Origin: Fistulifera solaris
Taxonomy: Eukaryota
NCBI GenBank assembly: GCA_030295235.1
Contig: AP026180.1
Location: 186,001 to 250,000, forward strand
Reading direction: 5' to 3'
DNA length: 64,000 nt
In this document: positions 24,452 through 36,794 of the stretch, piece by piece
How positions within the stretch are numbered: position 1 is the first letter of the stretch
Layout: each line of letters starts with the position of its first letter
Notes under the pieces: model-generated
What the model was told of the DNA's origin: nothing
The model's input: the letters and a program-made list of their open reading frames with translations, nothing else
Databases searched by the model: none
Position numbers and translations under genes: made by a program

Positions 24452-24531
24452 TGGAGAAAGGAAGAATAGCAGTGATAAACTGTCGGTTTCTTTGTAATGT
24501 CTTCTTATTATTACTTTCTTCGAATTATTGA

Positions 24532-25214
24532 TTATAATTGCTTTGGTTGTAAGGCAATCGTCCCGACCACTACATTGTCATACAAATCCACGGTCGCCGC
24601 ACCCAGTGGATCCGCTCGTACCGTTTCCATTTGTCGCCAACACAGGTCCTTCCCTTCCAAAATCACTTTTCCTTCATCGCGACGATGATTGACTTGGGCG
24701 TAGAGTTGCATGGCAGGAACGAAATCGGTGCCATTGTTGTTGGGGAGAGGAATATCATCCGTTTGTAATGTCAGTAACAAGAATGGATACAATGGTTCTT
24801 TAAAGAGTCCCCAAACCCACAATCCATCTTTGCGATCATTCGGATCTTCCGATAAAATCCATCGGGAGGAATTGTTGATTTTGTCGTGTTGTTTTTCGTG
24901 TTTGATAGCATTTTCAATGTCCCCTGTGGTGGCTCGTACCCTTGGTCTTCGACGAATTGTGTTTCGATGGTAAACACCAACGGGTCTAATTTAGTGCCTT
25001 GTGCCGAAGTCAAACCCCGCATCACCAAACGAACATTCCAGGTCGTGGCTTCCGTCAATGTGGGCGCAGTATTAGCCGCGAGCCGTCGCGTCGTGTGTGC
25101 CGATCGAGAAGGTGTGACAACAAAGGCACTAATTGGGGTCGACAAAGCGACCAGTAGTAGACTCCAGCACACTAGTATTGAGAAAGCAGGTACCCGAGGA
25201 AGAGAATGTGTCAT
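24532..25214 (-). CDS. Plastid-targeted hypothetical protein (1-nt frameshift ~24890)
   Basis: Signal peptide plus ISAF motif and S/T/R-rich transit region; the frame change joins GYEPPQG to RWILSEDPNDRKDGLWVWGLFKEPLYPF. Confidence 0.7.
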
Positions 25215-25784
25215 CTTTTGTTCGTTTTATGGATTATGACTGTTGCGACAGCTGTATTCTCGTCGTTTATCCATTGCTTGTTGTTGATTATGAAGTTATG
25301 AGGTGGCTCACCATTATTATTGTCGCGTTATTTATTACTCCGTACTCCGTATTATCGCTCATCGTCGATCGTCGCGCTCGTCGTCGGCATTTGAATTTTC
25401 GATGACGTCAACGTCAATGCAATGTTATTGTGTTAAGGTTCTAGTTCCAACGTCGAAGCAAAAGGCCGCGCGACATCTGCGCGCCAATCGAACCGCGTCA
25501 CGGTTTATTCATTTCCATTGATTTATTGTTCATTGCGAAGAAATAAAATAAATGAAAAGAAAAAAAGCGTCAATTGCATTCAACAACATTCATCATTCAC
25601 AAGGTCTGTACTGATCTTTTGATATCAACATTGTCAATAACACAAGAGCGATTCGTATCGACTAAGCTGCGCTAGAGAGGAAAGCTTCCTAATTGCCAAC
25701 ACGAATTCTTATGCGATAAACGATAAGTCGCTCTCTTCGTCATTTTGTCATCAACAGCCTTGTTATCACACTGCACAGACAATC

Positions 25785-27575
25785 ATGGCCCTTTCATCTT
25801 GGCTTCAATTAGCACTTTTTCTTGCTCTCGGGACTTTTCCTGTGAATTCCTTTTCCGTTTCGCACTTAGAAACGAAATTGAATTGGTGGAAGAATCGCTT
25901 TTCGCAAATGTCTCTCGAGGACATCTCGAAGGATTTAGTGCAACACGGATATCAATGGAAGAAAAAACAACAACAGCATCAATTAGAGAAAAAATCACAA
26001 GAGACATACACTGCTACCGGTACAACAACAACAACACCATTTGTCAAAGTACCCGGCTGCACAGCGAATGTTCATATACAACTCATTCTCACCTCCGATG
26101 CATCTACAACAATAAACTCCCGAACCATACAATCATTAGAAGGAACGGCAGATGCATTAGTGAGTCAAGGATTAGTTGCAGTCATCGCATCGTGTGTCGA
26201 GCAGGAATCCGAAGATGCCATTGGTCAAATATCGGCCGAAAGCATTACCACTCGATTGGGATTGCAACAACATCTCAGTCCAGGCCGGAACGACGGCGTT
26301 GCTAGTTTGTGGCGGACTCTGCAACAGTCACTGCAATCATCATCCCCAGCGAGTTTTATCACTAGTACAGAACCTAGCACTCAATCACAACAACCATCCG
26401 TGGCTCTGTTGTTGTCGGGTGGCGTTGACTCGTCCGTCGCATTGCGTTTGTTATTGCAACAAAACTATCGCGTCACGGCGTTTTATCTGAAAATATGGTT
26501 ACAGGACGAAAATGCGCATCTCGGAGGAACGTGTCCGTGGGAAGAGGATTGGAAGATTTGTCAACAAGTGTGTGAGCAAGCGAATGTGCCACTACAGGCA
26601 ATTAGTTTGCAACAAGAATATCACGAACGAGTCGTAGAGTATGCGATGGAGCAGGCTTCGTTGGGGCGGACGCCGAATCCGGATATTTTGTGCAATTCGC
26701 GGATCAAGTTCGGTTGCTTCTATGACGTATTGATGTCACAACAGGCGGAACAGTTTGATTATATTGCTACGGGTCACTATGCACGCGTCGAACGTGATGA
26801 CGACGATGCATCCGCTCGTTTATTTCGCGCACCCGATGCCGTCAAAGATCAATCGTATTTCTTGTGCACTTTAACACAAGAACAATTGCAAAAGACGTTG
26901 TTTCCATTAGGGCATCTTGAAAAGGCCCAAGTTCGACAATTGGCAGACGAGTTTGAGTTGCCGAATCGTCATCGTCCGGATTCGCAAGGACTTTGTTTCT
27001 TGGGACAGGTGAAATTCGATCAATTTCTTGAAAGTTATTTGGGCACGCAGCCAGGCTCTGTAGTTGATGCCGTGACGGGGGATAATATCGGGCAGCATCA
27101 AGGTGTTTGGTTTCACACGATTGGACAGCGCAAGGGCATCGGCAAAGCTTTGAATCCTCAAGCCACGGCACGCGGTCCTTGGTATGTCGTATCGAAAGAC
27201 CCGGCGCAGCGGATCGTTTATTGCACGAACCAATATGAGTTGTTTGACGCACAGCGAAAACATGTGGAACTTGAGGATATTACATGGATGTCAGGACAAC
27301 TGCCAGCGATGGTATCAGGCGGGAACGCTTGTCATTTAACTATGAAGTTGCGGCACGGTCCTCGACTGGCGCGGGGATTGTTACAATTGAATAATGCAGA
27401 TTTTTCAAAGGGTACGGTGGAGCTAGAACAAATGGACAGCGGCTTGGCGCCGGGACAATATGTTGTCTTTTACGCCGACGACGGCGAATGTTTGGGGAGT
27501 GGCATCATGAGTGAATCGCAATGGAATCGTCCCATATGTCTGGAGACCCAGGCAGTAGAACAAATGACTAGCTGA
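25785..27575 (+). CDS. mnmA: tRNA-specific 2-thiouridylase MnmA with N-terminal SufE-like domain; probably plastid-targeted
   Basis: SGGVDS PP-loop, GRTPNPDILCN, ATGHYA, KDQSYFL, DSQGLCF, TIGQRKG and APGQ motifs. Upstream are KVPGC..V.I, EGTADALVSQGLVA and LGLQQHLSPGRNDG (SufE-like). Signal peptide ends VNS-F. Confidence 0.92.
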   Translation: MALSSWLQLALFLALGTFPVNSFSVSHLETKLNWWKNRFSQMSLEDISKDLVQHGYQWKKKQQQHQLEKKSQETYTATGTTTTTPFVKVPGCTANVHIQLILTSDASTTINSRTIQSLEGTADALVSQGLVAVIASCVEQESEDAIGQISAESITTRLGLQQHLSPGRNDGVASLWRTLQQSLQSSSPASFITSTEPSTQSQQPSVALLLSGGVDSSVALRLLLQQNYRVTAFYLKIWLQDENAHLGGTCPWEEDWKICQQVCEQANVPLQAISLQQEYHERVVEYAMEQASLGRTPNPDILCNSRIKFGCFYDVLMSQQAEQFDYIATGHYARVERDDDDASARLFRAPDAVKDQSYFLCTLTQEQLQKTLFPLGHLEKAQVRQLADEFELPNRHRPDSQGLCFLGQVKFDQFLESYLGTQPGSVVDAVTGDNIGQHQGVWFHTIGQRKGIGKALNPQATARGPWYVVSKDPAQRIVYCTNQYELFDAQRKHVELEDITWMSGQLPAMVSGGNACHLTMKLRHGPRLARGLLQLNNADFSKGTVELEQMDSGLAPGQYVVFYADDGECLGSGIMSESQWNRPICLETQAVEQMTS

Positions 27576-27939
27576 AACATTATCACTTCATAGCGATGAA
27601 AACAGAAAGCGAAACGGAGTGCTTTTTGAGACGTGGCGACTCGGGCGTTTCAATTCAATCATTGCGAAATAGCAGCATTCAAAGGTGAAACTTTAGGAAG
27701 TGATAGTGTTGACGGAGGTCGGAAATGAGTTTGAACTACTGCCATTTGCTGCACGTTTTAGCTAAGCAAATTTTGACGCGTTGATTAGTAAGATACGAAT
27801 AGCTAGCTTTTAATTTTTAGAGTGATTGTATGCTTAACCATGGTTTATCTAAAACTTAATACCAGGTATCCTAACGACCTCGACACGCATCTCGTCGCTC
27901 CTGAAAGCGCATTCGCAAATTTCGGGTAAAATGGTGTGG

Positions 27940-29484
27940 CTAAACTCTTCTTCTTCGTTTCCGCCTCTTATTTCGGTTGAGCAGTGCCTTTAACTCATCG
28001 GCAGAGACCTCATCGAGTCCAGCAAGCTGCACGACTTCATACAGCACATCAACATGATCTGACAGCAAAAGAGCAGTTCGTTGGAAATCGTACCATGCAT
28101 ATTTCGACAAAAGGCCAACATCAGCGGTAGCCGTTTCGATGTTGGCTGCACCACAAAGATCTGCCGAGCCACGATAATATTGATTCAAGGAAATAAGCTG
28201 TGTGATAACCGCTACCACCACCTGTATGGTCGTTTCCATCTTCATTTCAGTACCCTGATTAGTCGGTTATTTGATAGCAGTTGTCGAAGATAGGAATCGT
28301 CTGGACCGAAAGCTTCACTGAAAACATTGACTTTCAATATACGAAGACTTTTGTGACCTTCGATACCTTTGAAAAGCGTTCCTAACTGGGTTCCCCATGT
28401 GCGATATCTATCCTTATTAATCAAGTCAAGGACTAGCAAGTTTTGTTGGCAAGGACGACGCGACTTAACTCGTGCGCCACACCCTCCGGTACCGGTACAC
28501 GTGTACCTTCATAACCGCTACCAAACCGGAATTGTATTTGTAGTTCCGTTAGATGACCGAAATCAGCCATGCGTCGAAAGAAGGAAATAAGACGATCCGG
28601 AGGAAGGGATTCATTGTCGTGGTATACGGTTAAGGAGAGTTTGTCGTTCACAATATTCAAAGACGGCAAGTCGTCCTCGACCAGAGATGATGAGGAAATT
28701 GCGCACTCAAGAAAGTTTACTTTCGCAGAAAAGGGAAGGAGTGCGACCTCTCTATTCACGCACGGCAATTGCAAACGCTGCATTGTATCGAGTTTAACAA
28801 GACGCTTCAGATTGTGGTTGCTCAACCCTGAACTCCCATCAAAGATATATTCATCCGAAGAAGACAGCCGACTCTGTAGAGCGTCAAGAAGCGCGTCACC
28901 TTCGTCCTCAAATTTACACGAAGAAAAGTGCAGTCGAATAGGATAGGACCTTGTCGCTACAACAGTGGATTGCTTGGCACTCAAAGTCAAGTCGCGCAAT
29001 GACATTTGACGAGACGGATCCGTTTCAATAACTCGCTTCACGAAACGAATTCCAGCGGCACGAAAATCAAAGTGGCTAAAGTAGGTACCTATCACGAAAG
29101 TTGACGGTGATGAGCTCATCCCTGTCTTTTTCTTCTCTAGAGCCATGAAGAAAGCAGCAGTTTGCGCTACACTGCGATCTGTTTCACCCACAATGCACAG
29201 TATCGGACCTTCAGATCCGAACATCAAGGTCAGGTATCGTTCCACCTTATTAGCAAGATCGTATTGACGGCCTGGCGAGAAGTACGTCAGGGTGCGATTG
29301 TCACGCCAGATAGTTATTGGGTGTGTGTATGCGTTCAACTCGTCGAGATTGCAAGGATCTCGAAGGAATTGATACGTCGGCAAATCTTCCTTTATACTCC
29401 AGCGCGGTACTTGCTCGGGCAAGCGAAGATGCGATGGAATAAGACCTAATAACAGTTGCTGCTTTCCTTGTTTGTCTTCGTCAT
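27940..29484 (-). CDS. Lineage-expanded RNI/LRR-like hypothetical protein, copy 1 (several 1-nt frameshifts)
   Basis: Collinear homology to copies 2 and 3 (LLGLIP..PEQ, IWRDN, VAQTAAFF, LLPFSAKV, L.VLDL, H..LR.LKV, LLLSDHVDVL); ends RRKRRRRV; breaks near 29480, 28440 and 28240. Confidence 0.7.
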
Positions 29485-29935
29485 GGTTTGTATTATTTGT
29501 CTCCTACAACGAGAAAATGCAATGATGATTTTTGAAGTGCCGCGTCTAAAATCTTTCATGCGATTAATGACTGAGAAAATTCAGTCACGAAAAATCCCAA
29601 AATCTAAAACTCTTTCAGGTTGACGCATGGGCCGTGACGCTTCGATGTACCAGGTAAGGCTTAACACAGTCGAGGGCGGTACTATTTAGATTGAGCTAGC
29701 AGTTTATAGCAAATAGAAAGCGTATTCAATCATGACGATTTTAGATTCAAAATAAAAGTCGTCCATGGGGTCGTCAAATTCGATTAATCTTCCGCTAGTG
29801 CGACCGACTTACTAGGCAGACAGGTTCAAAACCGAAATAGACCAACAATGATAGGCTTCTTCAAGCGATGAAACCTTTTAAAGACTGCGAAATTAAAAGA
29901 CGTCCGAGTCGTTTCGTATCACAAGCATTCTCAAT

Positions 29936-31459
29936 CTAAACTCTTCTCCTTTTGCGACTCCTCGAATCATCGACGTCAGACCATTCACCACCAGACACCA
30001 AAGCCACGTGAATTAACTCGTTTATCACATCAACGTGATGTGATAGTAGCAAAGCAGCATGCTCAAAATTGTCTGGCGCAACTCTCGACAAAGCACCTGC
30101 CACCAAGAATGTACGCACTGATTCTGGTTCTGCCATAAGAGCCTCCGAGCGACAAAAGAAAGTATTGAAAAAATAAAGCTGGCGAATGGAGAACGAAGCA
30201 GGCAAACGATTCCCGTAAACAAATAGTCTCCGTGTCACTTTGATGCGTCTGTTTTGAGTAAAAATTGTCGAAGCAATTTGTAATCGTCCCCGAAGTCTTT
30301 GTCATCAACATCCATTTTTATACTACGAAGCCCTTTATGGTCTTTGAGACCTTCGAAAAGTGTCTTGATGTGCGGTCCCCAATCGATATTGAAACACCTG
30401 TCGCCCAAGTCAAGCACTCGCAGGCCTTCGTTTGCGAGAGCCGCACGGATCAATTCTTCTACCACCGCATCCGGTGTCGGCTCTCGCCTGATTCCTGCAA
30501 GATCCAACCGAACCTTGAGTTGGAGTCTGAATACTTGCAAATGCCCTAACTCAGCCAAGCGCCGAAATAGGGATGTCAAACTTGCTGTTGGAAAAGCACT
30601 GATGTTGTGACTTATAGTTAGGCTGAGCTCTGTGGTAACAATGTTCAAAGACTGAAGCTCACCAACCAACAGGGACGATGAAAAAATTGTATAGTCAAGA
30701 TAATCGACTCGCGCCGAAAAGGGGAGAAGCGCGAGTTCATCTTCCAAGGAAGGCAAAGTCAAACTCTTGATTTTGTCAAGTTGCAGCAGACGCTTTAAAC
30801 TGACATCGCTCAATCCTGTTTTCTCATCGAACACCAGTGCTGTTAACCGCGACTCGCGACTTTGAAGGGCATCAATAAAAGCGACGCCCCCGTCATTGAA
30901 CTCACAAGCCCTGAGTGTCAATCGCATATCGTGATTCTGTGTCGCCAAAACAACAGCTTGGTCCGCACTCAGTGTTAAGCCATGGCACTCGATACAAGTA
31001 TATCGATTCATCTCGCAAATTCGCTTCAAGCATTCGAATCCAGCGGCACTAAAATCAAAAGTAGAGCCCCGTGTACCCCTCGAGTGATGGGGAGTTGACT
31101 CGTGTATCCAAATTCATAAAGAAAGCCGCCGTTTCTGCTACGGCCTGGTCGGTTTGGCCGACAATGTAGATTTTGGGACGGCCAGGACCCAGCTTTAAAG
31201 TTAGATACCTTTCATTATAAACCGGAGAATCGACATTTCCCGGTGGAGACACATAAGTCAGAGTGTGGTTGTCGCGCCAGATTGCTATTTCATGCTCGTG
31301 CTGGTTAAATTCGTGCAGACCATTAGGATCTCTTAGAAGGACATATGTAGGCGACTCTCTTGCCTTAAACCATTTAGGCACTTGCTCGGGCGTACAGCAA
31401 TGAAATGGAATGAGTCCCAATAAGACGAGAGAGCTGTAGTTGTACCTTGCGTTGGACAT
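29936..31459 (-). CDS. Lineage-expanded RNI/LRR-like hypothetical protein, copy 2 (frameshifts ~31060, ~30240)
   Basis: Same conserved blocks as copies 1 and 3; ends SRKRRRV. Confidence 0.7.
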
Positions 31460-32210
31460 GGCATTCAGTCTGCACAGAATCAATGTAAAAAATAAATGCT
31501 GTCGCTGCGATTTTTTTATAAAAAAAGTGCGCCATTTTCGGATTTCAGCTTCGAAAATGCCCTTTCATGACCATGACTGCAATAATCAAGTCGTGAAAGC
31601 TTCAGCCAAGCCTAAGGTGAAAATAATGCTCAGCCGAATTTTTAGCCGAAAGTTATTTCAACAAAAAGCGGATCTATCATTAAGTCCTAAGACATGAAAT
31701 CGAATCATAGGAACCGCACTTTTATCGGCCCCACATAATGACGCAGTGGTGGCTTCTCTTCTTGCAGAGAAAGCGTACAAGCGCTTTCGTTATTCCAGCC
31801 AATGGTTCCAGCAGGTAAACTCCATTACTTTAGCGTATCAGTTCATCGACTACTAGGTTCGTACAAGACTTTTTGAATTGTCGAAGACCAAATATTGTCC
31901 ATCGAACAGCAATGAGTCAAACGTTCCTTCTGCCTGAAAGCGACATGCGGAGTTGTAGACGCACCGTGCAGCTTCTTTCCACTAGCACAGTCGATCGCCT
32001 CGCACTTTCCGTCACGCGGTGAATCTTATTAAAAATCGCTCCAAACAGCAAATTCAGCGACACAACTGTCAAAGACAACATCGCGCTAACGACCTCAACT
32101 GACCGCAAGCTACATTGACGTTTCCTCGATAGAAGCATCATTTTCCGCCACTACCTCGCCCGTCACGCCCGGCTTGCCAACATGTTTTAACAAAATACCC
32201 CAGTAAGTCG

Positions 32211-33769
32211 TTACGTGCTCCTTCTCCGCTTTCGCATGCTATACCGGGTGGGTCTGGAGTCACAATTGTCTGCATGGATTTCGTCATCGAACCTAGCCAA
32301 CGGAATTAGATCATAGAGCACGTCAACATGATCGGACAGCAAAAGCGCCGAACGTTGAAAATTGTTGGAGGCTCTGTGTAACAAGGCAGTCGCCACCAAT
32401 GTTGCTCGTTCCTTTGTTGGCTCGACTGCAAGACCAGCCGAGCCACGATAGAACTTGTTTAATGAATAGATCTTTTCATGATTTTCCTTGTTTGCCAATA
32501 GCCCCAATAGAAAAGTCCGTTCTCATTCGTCACTGTTAAGTTTCTGTTCTCAGTTAGCAGTTCTCGAAGAAATGTGAACTCGGGGCCGAAAGACGAGTTC
32601 TCGTCATAAACAGTGACTTTCAGCGTACGAAGACCTTTGTGGGCTCTCAAACCGTTGCACAGAGTTTCCATGTGCGGTGCCCAATCAATATGTCTTCCGC
32701 CATCACTTAAATCGAGCAATACCAAATTATTGTTGACGAGCGCGACACGGACTATTTCTTGCACAATGCCCTCGGGCAGCGATTCTTGTAGGCCCGGATA
32801 ACCGTATTTGAATCGGAATAGAATTTTTAGCTCCACGAGATGAGTGAATTCCGCCATACGTCGGAAAAAGGCAATCACATTTTCCGATAGATTTGTTTCA
32901 CTGCCGAGCTGTATTGTAATAGCAAGCTCACTAGTAACAATGTCCATCGACGGCAAGAGATCTTCCTGCAGCGATGATGAAGAGATTTCATAATCGAGAT
33001 GATTCACTTTCGCAGAAAAGGGTAACATTGCGATTTCCTTATTTAAGCAAGGTAAAGCCAACTGTTCCATCGTGTCAAGCTGCAAAAGACGCTTCAAATT
33101 GTCATCGCTCAAACCTGTACTCTCCTCAAACAACAATACATCAGAAGATGAGTTGCGGCTTTGCATCGCGTCAATGAACCCACAAGCTTGATCTTCAAAG
33201 CTACAATCCGAGAATCGGACATTCATGACATAGGGCGACTTTGCTATTACAATCGATTGCTCGACATTCAGCGTCAAGCCGTAGAAATTGAACATGCGAA
33301 AGGGATTGATCTCCAACAGGCGCTCGAAGCACCGCGCAGGAGCAGCACGAAAATCAAAAAAGCAGCCGGGAGTACCGATGGTAAGAGACGACGACTCATA
33401 AGTCGGTTGCTCTAGCTTTATGAAAAAGGCAGCTGTTTGTGCAACGTCACGGTCCCTGTTACCGACAATGTAGAGCTTGGGACCCCCGCCACCGAATCTT
33501 AAGGACAAATATCTTTCGCCTTCACGCGGAGATTCGATACAATTTCCCGGAGATACATAAGTAAGAGCGCCGTTGTCGCGCCAGATTGCTATTTGATGAT
33601 AATACTCGTTTTTATTTAATTCTTCCAGACTGGTGGGTTTCCGGAGAAGCATGTAAGTTGGCGATTCATCTCGTATATTCCAGCGAGCTATTTGCTCGGG
33701 CGTACGCAGATGCGATGGAATCAGTCCTAATAATAATGAGGAGCTGGTATCTTTCTTTTTGTTCGGCAT
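32211..33769 (-). CDS. Lineage-expanded RNI/LRR-like hypothetical protein, copy 3 (frameshift ~32505)
   Basis: Start MPNKKKDTSS at 33769; same conserved blocks; ends RKRRRST. Confidence 0.72.
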
Positions 33770-33796
33770 GTTGTTACATTCTAATGAAGATATTAA

Positions 33797-34270
33797 GACA
33801 AAGATTTGGTGACGTGAAAGTGCCACTGCGATCCAGATTTTCTGGACCAGTTTTAAAAACACTCGCCCAGATTTCCTGGAATGTGAAAATACATTTGGTC
33901 CAGATTTTCTGGACCACTGTCAAAAACAATAACCCAGATTTCCTGGCAACGTGAAAATACATTTGGTCCAGATTTTCTGGACCACTGTTTAAAACTTAAA
34001 ACACTCGTCCAAATTTTCTGGACCAGTGTTGAAAACAATCACCCAGATTTCCTGGGAACGTGAAAATACAACAGGTCCAAATTTTCTGGACCACTGTTAA
34101 AAACACTCGTCCAGATTTTCTGGGATTTTGAAAATACAACTGGTCCAGATTTTCTGGACAAGCAAAACATCCCTCACCCAGAATTTCTGTGAACTTGAAA
34201 ATGCTACTGGTCCAGATTCTCTGGACCATGATAAAGATTCAACACCCAATTTGGGAACGTAAAAATACCC
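33797..34270. repeat. Palindromic minisatellite, about 12-14 units of about 34 bp with A/B alternation
   Basis: The core GGTCCAGATTTTCTGGACC (perfect 8-bp stem, 3-nt loop) alternates with CCCAGATTTCCTGG; the linkers are also conserved. Confidence 0.92.
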
Positions 34271-34558
34271 AACTTAGCCAAGGGGGGACCCAAAGTAACC
34301 CCCTACTGCCTACTGTACCTTTACCTAGTCTAGCTCGAAGCTCCGGGTGCTTTATTTTTTTGTCTATCGCGTCACTCGTCAGGCCGTCCATCCGTGCCGA
34401 TCACGACGAAAGACAGAAATAACGCGACGAGCGACGAGAGATTTTGCTTTTTCTTCAACTTGAGTGGTTCCTTAGTGTTGCTAGTAATTGTTGTTGAGCT
34501 TGTTGTTGTATTCTATATTCTAGAGAAACCACGCATTTTCATTAGAAATAGACCGACA

Positions 34559-36086
34559 ATGAGGATAACTGCGACGATAAGAACGACGAGAAGAGACCTG
34601 TGTCTGTGCTTTCTCTCCATCGCCTCATTTTGCATCGAATTTCGATTTACGTCTGCTTTTCTTCCGAATCATCCCTTATTTGCTGTAGCAAACACTCTTT
34701 CAAAACGCGCTTTTTCTTCTCAAGTCTACAACAATCGCAGGCATGAAGACGATGACGACGAGGATAACGAAGATGATATGATCGATGTCGATTCCTTAGG
34801 CAACTGGAGAGACTTTCGAAGATCACTCGGTCAATCCTTTTCTTCCTCGTCTTCCGTCCCAGAAATACGACCAGCGACATCCGTTAGCACCGAAAATGAA
34901 GCTGTATTAGCGACGCAGAATGAAGAACTGGCACTCGAATATCGGAATGGAGTTTGGGCACACGAAACTTCTGTGGTAAGATTCGTTTGATTCGTTTTGC
35001 GCTTTCGTTGTTACGTCCGCATAAGTGGCACTCAACAAGCGGTGTCTATTTCTCCAATTTTCATAATTTTAGCCGGAACTGGGCGGACTGATGGTACGCA
35101 TGCCGCTCGAAGTCGAATTGTACCGCAATCACAAACACTGCATACTCGGCAAACAATTTCGCAACAGCTTGGCCGCCAACCAACCGAACACCGACGAGGA
35201 GGATGACGACAATCGACGAACGTGGCGCAAAGCACATGGTCTCATACAATCACAAATGCTGCAATTGGCCGACAAAGTCAAACCGAGTGGAGAATTGGAT
35301 GCAGCCAAGTTGTCGACGAAACAATCCGAATTGTTGCAAATGTATTTGGATCATCAAGAGACCTGGCAGGAAGTATGTTTGATATATCAAAAAGAAGAGG
35401 CGTCTTCGGAAGCTACGAGTTGTATGGTGGTACTGAATCGACCCATGGCTATGAAGTTGACAGAGAATTTGGCGCAGCTCATCTTGTTTGGGAATCCGCC
35501 GGTCGAAGATGATCAGGATGAGCATTTGAACGAACAAGAAGCTTCCCAATTGGTGCGATTTCTACTCGCATTCGGTAGCGAGTGCGGTGTTTACATTGGT
35601 GGACCCGATCAACAGGATCAACCAGCACTGTTGTTACACGGCTTTGCAGAATTGCCGGGTGCGACGGAGATCGCCAACGGTCTCTATCAAGGAGGCTTGG
35701 AAGCCGCCATGGATGGCGTATTGCGCGGCAAGTATCGTGCTCTGGACTTTCGATTCTTTGTCGGGCGTCATGAATGCGAATCGCCTTTTTCAATGGAATT
35801 GCTCGTGGAATTGGGAAAATACCAACCCATAGCAGCGGCCCGATCGTTGGCATTGAAGCAATGCTTGTCTTTGCCCAAGCCGTTGTGGCATGAAGTGCTG
35901 GAACTGTGCGGAGGGAAATGGAAAGAAATGTCGACTTGGGAACGGACGAAAAAGGACACGATTCAATTTCAGATCCTAGACGATGATGACGAAGATATCG
36001 AAGATTGGGGAGGCGAAATAGTGGATGAGTTGAGTGAATTAGAGCTGGATGAAGACGACGTTGACGACGAATTTGGATGGCTCTGA
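34559..36086 (+). CDS. DUF179/AlgH(YqgE)-like protein, probably plastid-targeted (intron 34976-35072)
   Basis: TSAF presequence motif; WRDFR..L; VVLNRPM, VYIGGP, LLHG, GLYQGG and DFRFFVG motifs; the GT-AG intron joins ETSV to PELGGLMVR. Confidence 0.75.
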
Positions 36087-36794
36087 GAGAAAATCGAGAT
36101 TTAGCTTGGACTTGGTTCTCTTTTCGAGGCAAACGATGTAGTGCCCTTGCTGATTTGGAGCGGCTTATCTTGCATACTAGGATGGCATGTGCAATGTGCA
36201 CAACAGCAGCTGTCGTTTTGTTGTCGCTGAACGATGACTTCACCAAACGAAAACGAGCTTCAAGAATACTGGGTAACAGCATACACCGTTAAGCGGTCCT
36301 TTAAATGTAAAGGCATTTTCATGTAACATTGAACAAACGAATTTTACCTAGACCTATGGTGGACAGCATTGCATCATTGTCGCCCTCAAAGAAAATTCGT
36401 TCATGATAGAAGTCCAGTCGTGCCGAAAAACGAACAACACTTTGGTCCGTAGTAAAAATGGGTTGCTAGGCTCTTCGACTTAAAAATAGAATGAAGGGTA
36501 ATGGATACACTGCTAAGGACTATGCTTATTGCAACAGTGACAAATGGTGCATAATCGTTTTGCTGAAACGAACGAAAAGTAGGCAGCATTATTGTCGTTC
36601 GAAGAATAACATTCATGACTGAAATGCAGTCGTGGATAATTTAAGCTATACACTTTCGACTGTAGTAGACATATCATTCTTACAGAAAGTCTGGCTGAGA
36701 TGTTTTTTCTATGGACATCGAGTTCATTCGTTCGAACGACTTTTTTTATTGATCCACTTCTTCACTGCTTAAAAGATTGTTCTGTTCCCGTATC

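Noticed and set aside
33797..34270. CRISPR-like array of palindromic repeats
   Set aside because: The intervening sequences are short (~15 nt) and themselves repeated, there are no cas genes, and the context is eukaryotic.
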